A stretch of DNA of 37,940 nt from the IMG/VR virus record IMGVR_UViG_2859783438_000005; one strand, given 5' to 3'. This document shows, piece by piece, positions 35,603 through 37,940 of the stretch. Source of the stretch: a virus (lineage: Duplodnaviria > Heunggongvirae > Uroviricota > Caudoviricetes). The notes beneath the pieces are model-generated. The model saw only the letters and a list, made by a program, of their open reading frames with translations. It was not told the origin of the DNA and made no database searches. Within the stretch, counting starts at the first letter, position 1; every line of letters starts with the position of its first letter. Both the position numbers and the translations under genes were made by a program.

Positions 35603-37105
35603 ATGAACAAAAAGCTGTATTTATTCCCAGACTCAAACATTTTTCTACAATGCAAGGACTTGACGCAGGTAAATTTTTCCGAGATTACTGCTTGTGATGA
35701 AGTATGTATCATTATTACAAGGCCCATTCAGCAAGAGATTGACCGCCAGAAAGGGCAAGGTAATTCCCGCCTATCCAAAAAAGCAAGGAAGGCTGCTAGC
35801 CTATTTAATCAAGTAGTTGATTCAACTGACATGACTCTTGTTATTCGTGAACGCTCGCCGCGAGTTTTTCTTACCATGGATCTAAGCCTGAAACCATGTG
35901 AACAGTTATCTGAACAATTGGATTATCAGGAGGCCGACGATCGTTTTGTTGGTATTGCGGCAGGGTATTGCGCTGACGATCCAGATTCGGAGGTGGCAAT
36001 CATTACCAATGATAGCGGTCCACGTTTTTCAGCAATAAAACATAATATAATCTGCTATAAAGTGCCTTCTTCATGGTTGCTTCCTGCTGAGCCAGATGAA
36101 AAGGATAAACAAATTAAATTGCTGGAAGCTAAGCTGAAGCAATTCACTCAGTCTATGCCCGATTTCAGCATTAAAGTAGCCGATGACGAGCAATTAAATA
36201 TTGTACTTCCTTATTATACAGCTTTATCTGAATATGAAGTTGATAATTTGCTTTGTCAACTAACGGATGCATTCCCATTGGTTACAAACTTTGACAATGA
36301 ACAAACTACCCCACAATCACTAGAAAAAATCATCAAGTCATTTAGTCAACAGGAGTATTTCCCTGTATCAGCAGATGATATTTCTCTTTATAAAGAAAAA
36401 CATTATCCACTTTGGAAAAAGCAGTGTGAAGAAATACTGAAAAACTGTCATACTCATATTAATCCGAAGGCAATAAATTACCCGCTGTCGTTTTTATTAC
36501 AAAACACAGGTTATACTATCGCTGAACGTGCTGTGGTAACATTTACAGCAAAAGGAGATTTTCGTCTGTGTGGATTTAATTGGGAGATAATGGAAGAGCT
36601 GACTGAAAGCAAAAGGATTGACCTACCTTCAGCCCCTACCGCCCCCAAAGGAAAATGGCGTAGTGTATGTGGCGTAACAGAAAGAATGCCTTACGCTGGG
36701 GGAGCTTTGGAAACACCGCTATCCAGTATAATTTCAAAAGAAATTGGTCCTTTGTTATCTCTTACTCCAACAGAAAGGGATAAAAACGATTTTTATTATA
36801 AAGAAAAGAGAAATGAGCCAGTTCAAGTTGTATCGCTGGAATGCGAAGAGTGGCGTCATCAAGTCAAAGAAGAAATATTCCCGTTGTTCGTATATACAGC
36901 CAACAAACCAAAGAAAGTGAATGGTGCAATTGAGGTGAGAGTTGATGCAAATAACCTTACCAATCCGGTCATTAAAACATTTAAATTAAAAATAACTATA
37001 GAAGAACATAGTGCATTTTCAACCATAACAGAAATGGTGCAGACATACATTCAAGAGCAGAAGAAAAGACAGAAAAGTTCTATTAGCGCACAAATCAAAA
37101 CATGA
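35603..37105 (+). CDS. 500-aa protein with PIN-like N-terminal domain (putative nuclease) and unrecognised C-terminal domain
   Basis: single long ORF in markedly AT-rich DNA; N-terminal ~150 aa show a PIN-like layout of conserved acidic positions (YLFPDSNIFL ... TRPIQQEIDRQ ... DD ... IITNDSGPR). Confidence 0.6.
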   Translation: MNKKLYLFPDSNIFLQCKDLTQVNFSEITACDEVCIIITRPIQQEIDRQKGQGNSRLSKKARKAASLFNQVVDSTDMTLVIRERSPRVFLTMDLSLKPCEQLSEQLDYQEADDRFVGIAAGYCADDPDSEVAIITNDSGPRFSAIKHNIICYKVPSSWLLPAEPDEKDKQIKLLEAKLKQFTQSMPDFSIKVADDEQLNIVLPYYTALSEYEVDNLLCQLTDAFPLVTNFDNEQTTPQSLEKIIKSFSQQEYFPVSADDISLYKEKHYPLWKKQCEEILKNCHTHINPKAINYPLSFLLQNTGYTIAERAVVTFTAKGDFRLCGFNWEIMEELTESKRIDLPSAPTAPKGKWRSVCGVTERMPYAGGALETPLSSIISKEIGPLLSLTPTERDKNDFYYKEKRNEPVQVVSLECEEWRHQVKEEIFPLFVYTANKPKKVNGAIEVRVDANNLTNPVIKTFKLKITIEEHSAFSTITEMVQTYIQEQKKRQKSSISAQIKT

Positions 37106-37348
37106 GGGTGTACTCAAATAATACAATGCTATAGTAAATCTATAAGTGCATAACTATTTCCTGATCTTTTCCCAAAATAGATGACAGGATAAAAAACATT
37201 CCAATCTTTTACAGGCTTTGGATAAATCGTATCAAAGCCTATTTCTTCAAGAGTTAAATCACCGCTTTTCGCTCGAAACGGACTGGCTGTTGGAGTATGA
37301 GCCAGAACAACTTAGAATAGCCCCTGCACTACGTTAAGGGAGGTCGCT

Positions 37349-37609
37349 ATGTTCCGTTGTCCGCTTTGTGGCGCATCTGCCCGTATCCGCACCAGTCGTC
37401 CGGAAAATGATTCAAACACCGTGCGGCAAAAGTATTACCAGTGTAACAATCTGGAATGCGGCGTATGCTTCTCAACACTGGAAGCTTTCCATAAATTCAC
37501 ATCAAAACACGCCTCCGGCGTTCACTCTTCAGAAGATATCCCGTGGCATGATCTGCCAGCTTCACACAGGGGAAACAATCAGATGAGCTTGCCTTTACCT
37601 CAGAATTAA
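37349..37609 (+). CDS. ogr: late gene transcriptional activator, zinc-finger (Ogr/Delta family)
   Basis: 86-aa ORF MFRCPLCGASARIRTSR...YYQCNNLECGVCF, matching the Ogr CPLC...RTSR...QC.N..C zinc-finger pattern; AGGGAGG RBS. Confidence 0.85.
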   Translation: MFRCPLCGASARIRTSRPENDSNTVRQKYYQCNNLECGVCFSTLEAFHKFTSKHASGVHSSEDIPWHDLPASHRGNNQMSLPLPQN

Positions 37610-37799
37610 CAGGCAGAATTGCCGGAGTAACAAAAAAGCGATAGATTACGCGCGGGTGCCTTTCGGCTGATGGTCGGAGGGAATACCCGAAGGCCAGATG
37701 TGGAAAGGCCCCGGAAAACATCTCTGTTTAACCGAGGCCCTAACCGCATTACCTTGACAAGTGAAAGGTTAGCGCCTCTCCGGAAAAGGAGCAAGTGCT

Positions 37800-37940
37800 A
37801 TGTCGCAAAAATCGCTTACGACCATCACGTTCTGCGTGACGGCAATCCTCATCATCTGGATGTTGCACGGTTCGCTGTGTGAAATACGGATGAGCTTCTG
37901 GGGAGCGGAGTTTGCGGCGTTCTTACAGTGTAAGCAGTAA
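37800..37940 (+). CDS. Hok-family type I toxin (small membrane peptide)
   Basis: 46-aa ORF MSQKSLTTITFCVTAILIIWMLHGSLCEIRMSFWGAEFAAFLQCKQ: one TM segment then SLCEIR...AAFL.CK as in HokA-type toxins; GGAG RBS; overlapping mok-like frame 37670..37882 in the track; structured GC-rich leader upstream. Confidence 0.55.
   Translation: MSQKSLTTITFCVTAILIIWMLHGSLCEIRMSFWGAEFAAFLQCKQ

Noticed and set aside
37610-37800. Possible tRNA at the prophage right attachment site
   Set aside because: The GC-rich segment does not show a tRNA-like cloverleaf or a CCA-proximal acceptor pattern that I can recognise; it fits better as the structured leader of the hok-like toxin mRNA.

Overview
The window holds the host gene btuC (1-981, minus strand) followed by a P2-like (Peduovirus-type) temperate prophage that fills almost all of the rest. 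Recognisable prophage modules in order: integrase-proximal cargo (1174-2469), integrase and C-type repressor (2472-3810), a rightward early operon ending in the rolling-circle replication initiator A (3906-8208), an accessory region between A and the portal gene (8175-11930), divergent packaging and head genes Q/P and O-N-M-L, lysis genes, tail completion and baseplate genes, and tail fibre H plus assembly protein G. The fibre C-terminus sits in a Mu G-segment-like invertible cassette with gix-like inverted repeats and a Gin/Pin/Hin-family invertase. The tail sheath/tube/tape-measure block FI-FII-E/E'-T-U (28535-34110) lies on the opposite strand to D, ogr and the other late genes, i.e. inverted relative to canonical P2 order. 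The prophage looks partly degraded: the portal gene carries a frameshift, an IS3-family element (spanning a 100-N assembly gap) is inserted into the distal gix site, a miniature IS911 derivative truncates a cargo ORF, and the alternative fibre cassette is split between two frames. Best candidates for an undescribed system are (i) an AT-rich single-gene island between D and ogr encoding a 500-aa protein with a PIN-like N-terminus, (ii) a ParM/ParR actin-type module plus three coupled small ORFs in the A-to-Q accessory region, and (iii) a zinc-ribbon protein plus repeat-rich coiled-coil tail-anchored membrane protein downstream of int. A Hok-family type I toxin locus sits at the right edge. No rRNA, tRNA or CRISPR array was recognised. 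All homology statements come from reading the translations against remembered family sequences, not from database searches; coordinates of short motifs were counted by hand and may be off by a base or two.
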